Shown: one piece after another, positions 34,466 through 42,146 of the stretch | Position numbering within the stretch: the stretch's first letter is position 1 | Layout: each line of letters opens with the position of its first letter | Assembly (NCBI GenBank): GCA_964405285.1 | Contig: CAYONK010000001.1 | Span: 1 to 42,412 of the forward strand | Reading direction: 5' to 3' | DNA length: 42,412 nucleotides | From: an uncultured Ardenticatenaceae bacterium | GTDB taxonomy: Bacteria > Chloroflexota > Anaerolineae > Promineifilales > Promineifilaceae | The notes under the pieces: model-generated | What the model saw: only the letters and a program-made list of their open reading frames with translations | Told to the model about the DNA's origin: nothing | Database searches by the model: none | Program-made: the position numbers and the translations under genes

Positions 34466-36148
34466 TTATACTAAAATAAGCTGGTTATCCACGCTCACGG
34501 CGACAGCCTCTTGCTTCATGTCTTGCTTAAGATTCGTCGCAAAATGAATAACGTCATCCAGGTGCGCATCTAGCGCTTTTTTCGAGACGAAAGTGCGCAC
34601 GATTGTCACTTGTTCTGTTACCAGGCCGCTCTCCTCACTGCGCCAGGCCCCCTCGGCATTACTGCTCGTCGCCCCCCCAAACAGATTTCCCAGGAAAGAT
34701 AGCGTCGCTTTTACCTGCTTGCTGCTGTCTACCTGTTGGTCCACATTGATCGTAGATGGCACAAACAAGGCCACTGCGTGGTTTAAAGAAAGTCGGCGAT
34801 AGACTTCGTGCAATGCCTGGGTTAGCAGGCTATCAGGGGCGCTTTGTATCAAAGTCAATTGTTGCTTGTTAGCCGAGGCCACCGCCGTTTCGTCGGCAGG
34901 GATGACCAGGTGAAAACGAGCATCCAGATTAGACGGAGGCTGTGCGCCGCTTTGTAATGCCAGGACGCGCTTCTGACCGGGGAAAGAATAGGGCTGTAAA
35001 CTTGCCCAACGTTTCAACGCATCCTCCGCGCCATCCGGGTCACGAGTCAGAGTGATCAGCGTATGGGCCTGCCCGCGCAGACGAGACGTTATCTCCAGAT
35101 TGTCCCTGCTGCCAGCGTCGCAGATAATGTACTCATATTGGGCTGATAGATCGCTCAGAAGCATGTCCAGCTGCACCTGAATGGCGTAACTGCTTGGGTC
35201 AAGAGCGGCGAGACGATCGGGGCCATCGCTATAGGCTGTGATGTTAGCCTGCCCAACCTTCTTGTCTGACGTTGCCATCACCCTGCCGGGCCATTCATTG
35301 TCGAGTTGGTTCAATGACCAAAAAAGGACTCGGCCGGCCGTGTCCGATTCTGTTTGTTGATGCGCCAGCCAGGCCAGATTCAGCGCGAAGGTGGTTACGC
35401 CAGCCCTGGGATGAACGCTGTCCACCACCCACAGTTTGCGCTGGTGCTGGGAGCTGGCCTGCTGGCACGTGGTTAACTGTTGACTGAGGTGACGGTTAAG
35501 CGCCTGAGCAAACTTGCCTTGCTCCTGAATGAACCCCAAAAAGTCTGAGGTTGACCAGGCGAGCAGGGTGGTGGCGGTAACGGCCGTGTAAGTCGTTGTC
35601 ATCGGCGTTTCGCTTAGACCTTCGGCCAGCCCAATCCAACTTCCTCGATGCAGATAATTCCCCGCCTGTTTTGTTTGCAGACTGCGCAGCCGTGTTTGTA
35701 CCAGCAACCCTTGTTGTACCAGCCAGACCCAATCCGTTTTATGCCCTTGCCAGGCAAGCACTTCGTCTGGAAGAAGAGTGCGCTTTTGGCTTAGTTGCAG
35801 GAGTCTTTCTTTCGCTGAAGGGGGGAGAACGGCCGTTAACGGAACCTCCGTCAAGAAGGCGTCCGGGGTCTGCTCTAACAAATTTACAATCGCCGCCGGC
35901 ATATTCCACACCGCGCGGCGCTTAAATTGGAAACGGGCCGAGAACACCCGTTTCCCCCTACGCAGCTGTTCTACGATCCGATCTTGCCGCAACAGCCCGT
36001 TCAGCACCTTCTCCACTTCCGTCAGTTCCATTCGGGCCTGCGCAGCCAACTCAAAGATCGTCAGCTGCGGATGCCTGGTCAGGCACCGGAGAATGATTTG
36101 CTCGTCTGAAGAGACAGAGAGTAGCTCAATAGGAGAAATAGCCGCCAT
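34466..36148 (-). CDS. Multidomain protein: N-terminal wHTH, cyclic-nucleotide-binding-like domain, degenerate ParA-like domain, C-terminal GGAT...GAW domain
   Basis: The wHTH (SPIELLSVSSDEQIILRCLTRHPQLTIFELA) is paralogous to the 90-aa ORF upstream. The cNMP-like segment reads VLAWQGHKTDWVWLVQQGLL...GSWIGLAEGL. KLWVVDSVHPRAGVTTFALNLAWLA is a ParA fold lacking the P-loop Lys, and YEYIICDAG is its Walker-B-like motif. Confidence 0.65.
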   Translation of the reverse strand: MAAISPIELLSVSSDEQIILRCLTRHPQLTIFELAAQARMELTEVEKVLNGLLRQDRIVEQLRRGKRVFSARFQFKRRAVWNMPAAIVNLLEQTPDAFLTEVPLTAVLPPSAKERLLQLSQKRTLLPDEVLAWQGHKTDWVWLVQQGLLVQTRLRSLQTKQAGNYLHRGSWIGLAEGLSETPMTTTYTAVTATTLLAWSTSDFLGFIQEQGKFAQALNRHLSQQLTTCQQASSQHQRKLWVVDSVHPRAGVTTFALNLAWLAHQQTESDTAGRVLFWSLNQLDNEWPGRVMATSDKKVGQANITAYSDGPDRLAALDPSSYAIQVQLDMLLSDLSAQYEYIICDAGSRDNLEITSRLRGQAHTLITLTRDPDGAEDALKRWASLQPYSFPGQKRVLALQSGAQPPSNLDARFHLVIPADETAVASANKQQLTLIQSAPDSLLTQALHEVYRRLSLNHAVALFVPSTINVDQQVDSSKQVKATLSFLGNLFGGATSSNAEGAWRSEESGLVTEQVTIVRTFVSKKALDAHLDDVIHFATNLKQDMKQEAVAVSVDNQLILV

Positions 36149-36219
36149 CTTATTTCTGTCTAAAGCTTATCTGGTTGCAATACAGCAATCAGAACTTGCT
36201 CACTAGACCCCTGCATCCA

Positions 36220-36492
36220 TTAGTTAAAAAGCGTATCCAACAAGCTGGACCCACGTTCCCGCTTGGGCTTATAAGATGGTTGGAGCAGAACCTGAAACTT
36301 GCTTTCGCCATCTTGGTTAAGACGGCAGTCTCGAACCATTCGGTTGACAAGGCCCTCCAACTCATCCAACGGAATTCTGGTCAAACCAGCGATCTCTTGC
36401 AAAGTCAGACGTGGTTGACGCACCAGGCAACGAATGACATCTTGTTCTTGACTTGATACAGTTAACAAATCCAGCGGAGACATCAAAGTCAT
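36220..36492 (-). CDS. Small winged-helix (MarR-like) DNA-binding protein, 90 aa
   Basis: ATG at 36492 lies 8 nt after an AAGGAGAA SD. MTLMSPLDLLTVSSQEQDVIRCLVRQPRLTLQEIAGL is about 45-50% identical to the N-terminus of 34466..36148. The tracked start at 36582 would read through the promoter element. Confidence 0.7.
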   Translation of the reverse strand: MTLMSPLDLLTVSSQEQDVIRCLVRQPRLTLQEIAGLTRIPLDELEGLVNRMVRDCRLNQDGESKFQVLLQPSYKPKRERGSSLLDTLFN

Positions 36493-36529
36493 GACGTAAT
36501 TCTCCTTACAGCTAATGTTGATAATTACA

Positions 36530-36572
36530 CAGTCTCTCAAGACCTGACAGGTTTTTAACGAGGCGTTTGGCA
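36530..36572 (-). promoter_or_regulatory. Operator/promoter element copy B upstream of the small wHTH gene
   Basis: Plus strand reads CAGtCTCTCAAGACCTGACAGGTTTTTAACGAgGCgTTTGGCA. On the minus strand, CTGTCA (-35-like), a 17-nt spacer and TAATTA (36522-27), then an SD and ATG 36492. Confidence 0.55.
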
Positions 36573-36766
36573 AACCCACCAAGCCTGTATCATGACTAAT
36601 TTTGTAAAAACTCCAGAGTAAACATACGCAATTACAGCTATATTATTAACCAGGATCGCTTCGATTGCCTGATATAGCAATCATTATTCAATTATGATTT
36701 TGCTGATAGGGGCTATATGACCAGCGGTATAGTCCGCGGCGTCCGATCTTGTCACCCAAGACTGCA

Positions 36767-37474
36767 TTATTCAACAATAACCCGATTAATCCAGGCCCAC
36801 GTAACCGCTTCTGCTCTATTGCGTATCCAAGGGATCTTGCGATAAGTGTTTTGTAAATGAGACTTCACCGTTCCCTCGCTAATGTTTAACTGCCTGGCAA
36901 TCTCATCATTAGACAAGCCACGCGCCAAAAGTTGAACAATGCTGATCTCGCTCCCACTTAATTCTTGATTCATCTCAGGGATAAAACGCAACATCGTATT
37001 CTGAATTTGCTGATTGAGTACAGTCTGACCTGAGGCCACAGAGCGAATCCCATCCACGACCGTTCCCAGATAATCCTGTTTAAGCAAATACCCTTTAGCT
37101 CCTGCCGACAACATACTCCAAACATAATGCCGGTCGTGGTAACTACTAAAGACCAAGATCTCTGCATGTTCAGCGTCAGGGTTCCCTGCCCTCCTCTTGC
37201 CGAGGTACCTTGCAACCTCGATCCCGCTCAAATTGCGCAAATTTATATCAAGCACAATGACGTGGGGACCAAGCTGTTCGGTGAGCTGAAGCAACTCTTG
37301 CCCATCATCTGTCTCGCCAACGACGAAAATATCGTGGTGCTTTTCGATTTCTTGCCGTACTCCCTGCCGCACGATCTGATGGATATCCGCGATGAGAACA
37401 CGAATGGTATCTATGCTATAGGGCTGGCAGGCAATGCCGCCATTCAAGTTAGTTTCAATTGAATTTTCAAGCAT
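36767..37474 (-). CDS. NarL/FixJ-family response regulator (REC + LuxR-type HTH), second copy
   Basis: REC domain with VIVLDINL, the phospho-acceptor Asp context. The first acidic pocket is LIADIH, with a single Asp. C-terminal LSGSEISIVQLLARGLSNDEIARQLNISEGTVKSH. Confidence 0.85.
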   Translation of the reverse strand: MLENSIETNLNGGIACQPYSIDTIRVLIADIHQIVRQGVRQEIEKHHDIFVVGETDDGQELLQLTEQLGPHVIVLDINLRNLSGIEVARYLGKRRAGNPDAEHAEILVFSSYHDRHYVWSMLSAGAKGYLLKQDYLGTVVDGIRSVASGQTVLNQQIQNTMLRFIPEMNQELSGSEISIVQLLARGLSNDEIARQLNISEGTVKSHLQNTYRKIPWIRNRAEAVTWAWINRVIVE

Positions 37475-37707
37475 GGACCCTATTTTCCTTCCAAAGCACT
37501 GAATCGTGTTGAGGAAAAAAACCTATTTACATTGTGGCTAAGTGACCACTATCCTGTGACTTTGAGTTTATTATTGGGTTCAGAAACAGCACAAAACACC
37601 TGAGGTTCAGGCTTCGAAAACGTGACTAGACCTCATCCTCTTTGATGAGCTTACGATTGATCTGGTACGACTGGCTGCTCAGCGCCTGGAACGCGCAAGA
37701 ATGGCGT

Positions 37708-38400
37708 TCATTCAACTTCAACGATTCGGTTTTCCCAAGCCCAGGCAACCGCTTCTGAGCGTGTACGGATGTTGGGAAGCTTTTTATACGTGTTCATCAC
37801 ATGGTTCTTAACTGTACCGACGGCGATGAACAACGCCTCAGCGATTTCTTCATTCGTATAACCTTTAGCCATCAAACGCAAAACCTCCAACTCTCTCTGG
37901 CTCAGGTTGTGGCGAGGTTCTGTCCGGCGCGTCAGAAGCATCTTTTGTACCGGCAAGCTCAGAACAGGCTCCCCGTTGATGATCTGGCGAATGCCGGAAA
38001 TGATACGCTCAGGGGTTTCGTCTTTCAGCAAATATCCTTTGGCCCCGGCAGCAAACAAATTATATACGTACTCTGGCTCACAATAAGCGCTGAGAATCAG
38101 GATGTGCGGTGGCCAATATGAAGCGTGTTCCGGCTGATCCTCTATCAGGATTTCGCTCATTTTTTCTGTCACGTCCGTGCCCTGCAAGCCAGGCATATTG
38201 ATGTCTAAGACAAGAACATCTGGCCGAAGCTTGCGGGCCATTTCCAACGCTGCGTATCCATCCGCCGCCTCGCCGACGACTTCGATGTCATTACAGCGTT
38301 CTAAAGCGCTGCGAATACCAGAACGAACGACGTGGTGATCATCAGCCAGAATAACCCGTATTTTTTTTGCTAGTTGGTTAGTTTCATGCTGAACCATCAT
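37708..38400 (-). CDS. NarL/FixJ-family response regulator (REC + LuxR-type HTH), ComA-like position
   Basis: ILADDHHVVR and VLVLDINMPG are the REC motifs. The HTH is LSQRELEVLRLMAKGYTNEEIAEALFIAVGTVKNH. ATGA overlap with the kinase stop. Confidence 0.9.
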   Translation of the reverse strand: MMVQHETNQLAKKIRVILADDHHVVRSGIRSALERCNDIEVVGEAADGYAALEMARKLRPDVLVLDINMPGLQGTDVTEKMSEILIEDQPEHASYWPPHILILSAYCEPEYVYNLFAAGAKGYLLKDETPERIISGIRQIINGEPVLSLPVQKMLLTRRTEPRHNLSQRELEVLRLMAKGYTNEEIAEALFIAVGTVKNHVMNTYKKLPNIRTRSEAVAWAWENRIVEVE

Positions 38401-40820
38401 ACCTTTTCCTCCAAAATGTCATGATTTGCGAATGGAACAATTACCTCCAGAGACGTACCAGAACCAGGGGTCGAAGCGATCTCAAACGTTCCATTGAGCA
38501 GTTCGACTCTTTCGCGCATGCCTACCAAGCCAAAATGATCCTGCTCCATCAAACTCCCTAAGCGTGCCGGGACGACAAAGCCTAACCCATTGTCACTAAT
38601 ACTTAGCTTAAGCTGTTCTTGCCGGATTGACAAATTGATTGCGATTTGGGTTGCTGAGGCATGTTTGCGGGTGTTTGTCAACGCTTCTCCTGCGCACCGA
38701 AACAGGCACAGCGCCAAATCCTCATCAACAGGTATCGCTCGATCCCCTTCGATGGTCAGAGACACTCCAATATCTGATTCCATCTCAAAACGATTCGCAA
38801 GAGAACGAATGCTTGACACAAGCCCTAAATCCAAAGCAGCCGGGCGCAAATCCTGGCACAGCAACCGCGTCGTTTGGATGAGTTCGCCGATTTTTTCTTG
38901 TAAGTCCCCCACCAACGCTCTGTCGTTTACATCTTGCAGAGCAAGTGAGTGACCAACTTCAATTTGGGCCATCTGATATTTCAGACCGATCAAATGTTGG
39001 ATGACCTGATCGTGCAATTCGCGGGCGATCCGTTTTCTTTCCTCTTCGCGGGTTCGATTGATTTCTTTTTGATATCGTTCGTTTTCACGCGCCTTCTCTT
39101 CTAATTCGCTGATTAGTTGGACGTTTTGCAGGATAACGCCTGCCTGACGCGAGATAACGTTCAGTATCCCCATATCTTCCGTGTTGAATAGATCTCCTCC
39201 GTATTTGGGGCCAAGAAGGAGGAGTCCCAAGGAATTTTCTAATCCACGGATAGGAACCCATAGGCGAACTGCGCCGCTCTCAAGCAATTGCTTCTCTTCG
39301 CTGGATAACTTGCTGCGAGGAAGTTCTCGTTGAATTGTTTGATTATCTATCGGGTGAGATTTCTGTTTCAGATATTGGGAAATATTCTGCAAATTCGCAA
39401 GTTTTAACCCATCTAAGGGGATGGGGGTCTGTGTGTTGTCTGAAACGTAAGACGTTGTTTGTTTTGGTAGTTTTCCTTGCCAGAGTAAATACACCCAATG
39501 GACGCGCATTGCCTTTTGTACGCTGACGCTCAACGTTTCAGCAAGGGTGTCTATGTCGGCTGTCTCTTCGAGTTCGTGCGTTACCTGATTGACAACTGTT
39601 GGATAGTCGTACCAGCCTCCATATAGAAGGTAATCTACCAAATTTTGTAACCGACGGTACAGCGGGTTGTAGATAAGCACCAGGGTCAAAATAATGAGCA
39701 GATTGGTTAATGGGCTTGTTAAGATGTCATGGTGAAGCAGATTTTGGGCGGCATAAATGATTCCGAAGTAAAAAAAGCACAATAAACCGGTGACGTAGAT
39801 TGCGGTTGCGCTGCGGCTCACATATCGTTCAACTCGGATAAATTGATGCTTGCGAATCGCGTAGCCATACCCTATCGGGATGACGACGAGAAACGACAAA
39901 GCTATTTGAGCGGGTAACAGCATCTCGTCTAGCAGAATCTTGGGGAAAACTGAAAGGCTGAGTAACGGCATACCAGCCATCAAGCCAGAAAGCGTCACCA
40001 TGCCAATCTGCCGTTTGGTTACAGGAGAAGCAGTATGGCGATACGCCCGAATTAACAATAGCATAACAACAGTTAGCCCAATTAGTATCCAGGTATAGAA
40101 GGCGACGGCATACCAGGTTGAAGCGGAGTTTGGCACTGTGATGAATTCGGTCGCTATCACCAGTCTGAACAAGATACCTGACGCGGCAATGCCATATATG
40201 ACAAAAATAGAGCTGTTGTTATGCCAGTTGGTATGGTTAAAGGGAAAAAATAAATGGAAGTGGATGGCAAAGGCTACGGCACACCATGTCAAGATATTTG
40301 CAGCGTGTCCGGCCCAGACTTCGCCTGTGACAACGCCCAAAGCCAGACTGGTGCCGAGCGTTTGGTACCATAAAAAGAAAAGCAAAGTCTCCTTTGTGGT
40401 GGTTGGCGATAAGAGGATGACAGCCATGCTGACTCCCCAAAACACCAGGGCAACGAAACTCAATGAGAGTCGTGTGACGAGGATAAAAGGCGGTGCAGGA
40501 TTGGTATACGACCGCTCTAACACCATCTCTTGACCATCTCGAAGGATCTCCAGAGAAATGCGGTCCCCTGTTTGCCACCGGTAATAGGGAAAACCACTTT
40601 CTCTGAGAGATAGGCCATCAATTCTTATGATTTGGTCGTTTACTTGTAGGCCAGAATGTTGATGGGCGTAATAAATAATCCCGTTGTCTGCCCACAATGC
40701 ACCTAATTCTGGTTGTATTGTTGTTTGCCAGATTGACCAGTTGATGGCCAATAGTGAAGAAATTGCTATCACAGCGATGGAGATCTGGACTGCAAAGCTT
40801 TTTTGATGGATTGCAAACAT
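38397..40820 (-). CDS. Polytopic sensor histidine kinase (PDZ-like extracytoplasmic loop, about 10 TM, GAF-like, HisKA_3, HATPase_c), ComP-like architecture
   Basis: H-box RIARELHDQVIQHL (HisKA_3). N/G boxes EALTNTRKHA, DNGLGF and GLVGMRERVELLNGTFEIASTPGSGT. The N-terminal 430 aa are highly hydrophobic. A GLQVNDQIIRIDG...GDRISLEILRDG segment follows TM1. Confidence 0.85.
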   Translation of the reverse strand: MFAIHQKSFAVQISIAVIAISSLLAINWSIWQTTIQPELGALWADNGIIYYAHQHSGLQVNDQIIRIDGLSLRESGFPYYRWQTGDRISLEILRDGQEMVLERSYTNPAPPFILVTRLSLSFVALVFWGVSMAVILLSPTTTKETLLFFLWYQTLGTSLALGVVTGEVWAGHAANILTWCAVAFAIHFHLFFPFNHTNWHNNSSIFVIYGIAASGILFRLVIATEFITVPNSASTWYAVAFYTWILIGLTVVMLLLIRAYRHTASPVTKRQIGMVTLSGLMAGMPLLSLSVFPKILLDEMLLPAQIALSFLVVIPIGYGYAIRKHQFIRVERYVSRSATAIYVTGLLCFFYFGIIYAAQNLLHHDILTSPLTNLLIILTLVLIYNPLYRRLQNLVDYLLYGGWYDYPTVVNQVTHELEETADIDTLAETLSVSVQKAMRVHWVYLLWQGKLPKQTTSYVSDNTQTPIPLDGLKLANLQNISQYLKQKSHPIDNQTIQRELPRSKLSSEEKQLLESGAVRLWVPIRGLENSLGLLLLGPKYGGDLFNTEDMGILNVISRQAGVILQNVQLISELEEKARENERYQKEINRTREEERKRIARELHDQVIQHLIGLKYQMAQIEVGHSLALQDVNDRALVGDLQEKIGELIQTTRLLCQDLRPAALDLGLVSSIRSLANRFEMESDIGVSLTIEGDRAIPVDEDLALCLFRCAGEALTNTRKHASATQIAINLSIRQEQLKLSISDNGLGFVVPARLGSLMEQDHFGLVGMRERVELLNGTFEIASTPGSGTSLEVIVPFANHDILEEKV

Positions 40821-40851
40821 TGTTTTAGTGGTCTTATCAAGGGTATGGTGG

Positions 40852-41775
40852 TTATGGGTGATGTTGAGTGAGGTTATATTGATTTACCATCTGTTGCAGT
40901 GTTTTGTTTGTTTCTGTGGGGATTGTCATCCTTGCTAATATCTGCATAGCCTGATCGCGGTGAAGCATCGCTTGTGTTGCCAGATAAACGGCTGCGCCGC
41001 TTTGGAGGATTAACCGCCGCGCTGTCTCTTTTTTTGCTGGTTCGGTGGACTTGAGTAAAGATAATAACTCATCTTGTTGTGTTGCGGGTAAGACTGTTAG
41101 GGCATAAGCAATGGGGAGGCCATGCCCGCTGCTGATATCTAAATCTTGTTCTGCGGTGAGGTCGGTCAGGTCATCGTGAATCTGGTCTAGTAGCCCCAGA
41201 GTGCAGCCAAACTGGCGACATAATTTTAGCTCTTGTCTGTCTGAAGTGGCGATACGGCTTCCTGCCCAACAAACCAGGCCTAACCCAACGGCCGTTTTAT
41301 TCCGGGCGATCTCCCAACTTTGGTCCAGACTTGGCATGCGTATGGACAAATCATCATGTTGGCCTCCACATATTTGCAGCAAAGCGACATGGAATTCCCG
41401 CCGAATCTCCTGCGCAGTTTCAGATGGTATCGTATGCGATTCCAATTCGCCAAGTAAGTAGCTCGCCGTAAAGATTAAACCTGTCGAGACGTTGAGGGTA
41501 ACGGCCGTTTGCCCCGATAACGCCTGATGATTATCTTCAACGTCGTCCAACAAACGGGCGGCATGGCGTAACACGTTCCAAATCGTCACAATCGGCGCCG
41601 TTTGCTTAAGGTCGCCCCCATACGCTTCACAGAATATAGAAGGCAGCCTTGACAACGCGCTGTCCGCAGATGCAGTTTCGCCCGTCCACTGGCAGAGCCT
41701 TCGCAGAGTGGCAACATAATCTGCGCTAATTTGAGAGTCAGACCAAAGAGCGTCAATTCCAAAGGTTTCAATCAT
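40852..41775 (-). CDS. Polyprenyl-synthase-fold protein lacking IPP-binding basic motifs; ComQ-like peptide isoprenyl-transferase candidate
   Basis: Two Asp-rich motifs, LLDDVEDN and IHDDLTD, plus GGQHDDL and NKTA. GGDLKQ replaces GGKRxR, and no RRG follows the first Asp-rich motif. No Lys-rich C-terminal motif. The stop is 31 nt upstream of the kinase start. Confidence 0.7.
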   Translation of the reverse strand: MIETFGIDALWSDSQISADYVATLRRLCQWTGETASADSALSRLPSIFCEAYGGDLKQTAPIVTIWNVLRHAARLLDDVEDNHQALSGQTAVTLNVSTGLIFTASYLLGELESHTIPSETAQEIRREFHVALLQICGGQHDDLSIRMPSLDQSWEIARNKTAVGLGLVCWAGSRIATSDRQELKLCRQFGCTLGLLDQIHDDLTDLTAEQDLDISSGHGLPIAYALTVLPATQQDELLSLLKSTEPAKKETARRLILQSGAAVYLATQAMLHRDQAMQILARMTIPTETNKTLQQMVNQYNLTQHHP

Positions 41776-41867
41776 GGACTGTCACGAGACAAGCTCAAAT
41801 GGATTATTGAAAGCGCTCCGGGAGATTTTGGCAATCTTTGCAAGCGCAAATGCGCACCCCCAAAACG

Positions 41868-41893
41868 AAAAAAGCCAAGTTTTCACTTGGACT
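41868..41893 (-). terminator. Weak hairpin + T-tract after the 72-aa peptide gene (possible attenuator)
   Basis: Minus strand reads AGTCCAAGT-gaaa-ACTTGGCTTTTTTCGTTTT. The core stem is only 6 bp, followed by T6. Confidence 0.3.
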
Positions 41894-41927
41894 TTTATTT
41901 CAACGTAAATATGCGAATGATATTCTC

Positions 41928-42146
41928 TCAGGGTATCCACGCTTGTTCTGGCGCAGGACTGGGCACGTAATCGGCGGCAAGAAGCTGGCGCAAGGAATCC
42001 GAGTTCTGAATCATCGAAGATAGGGCTTGCTTTTCTGCCGAGGCAAGATTGAATTGCTCAAGCAGCGCTGGACCCTGTTGCATAATCTCAGCCAACAATG
42101 TTGAATTGGAAACAATCTGATACACAACTTCATGTAAAGTATTCAT
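41928..42146 (-). CDS. 72-aa RiPP-type precursor peptide candidate (ComX-like): helical leader, C-terminus ...AADYVPSPAPEQAWIP with the only Trp 3 residues from the end
   Basis: A GGAGG SD lies 5 nt before the ATG. The leader segment LLAEIMQQGPALLEQFNLASAEKQAL resembles NHLP-clan/LigA-like leader domains. The gene is first in a co-oriented string with the ComQ-like, kinase and regulator genes. Confidence 0.65.
   Translation of the reverse strand: MNTLHEVVYQIVSNSTLLAEIMQQGPALLEQFNLASAEKQALSSMIQNSDSLRQLLAADYVPSPAPEQAWIP

Noticed and set aside
36493-36582. Longer 120-aa version of the small wHTH ORF (start 36582)
   Set aside because: The extension has no SD and translates the conserved operator/promoter element. 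ATG 36492 has an AAGGAGAA SD and aligns with the N-terminus of the paralogue.
41837-41856. TTTGC-AAGC-GCAAA / GCGC-AAAT-GCGC inverted repeats upstream of the ComQ-like gene as a ComA-box-like site
   Set aside because: The arms are only 4-5 bp, and the spacing differs from the Bacillus ComA box (TTGCGG-N4-CCGCAA). This is too weak to call without a second copy.
41731-42023. Two plus-strand ORFs (79 and 61 aa) between and over the ComQ-like and peptide genes
   Set aside because: They are antisense to better-supported genes, lack an SD, are basic and low in complexity, and span the intergenic hairpin.
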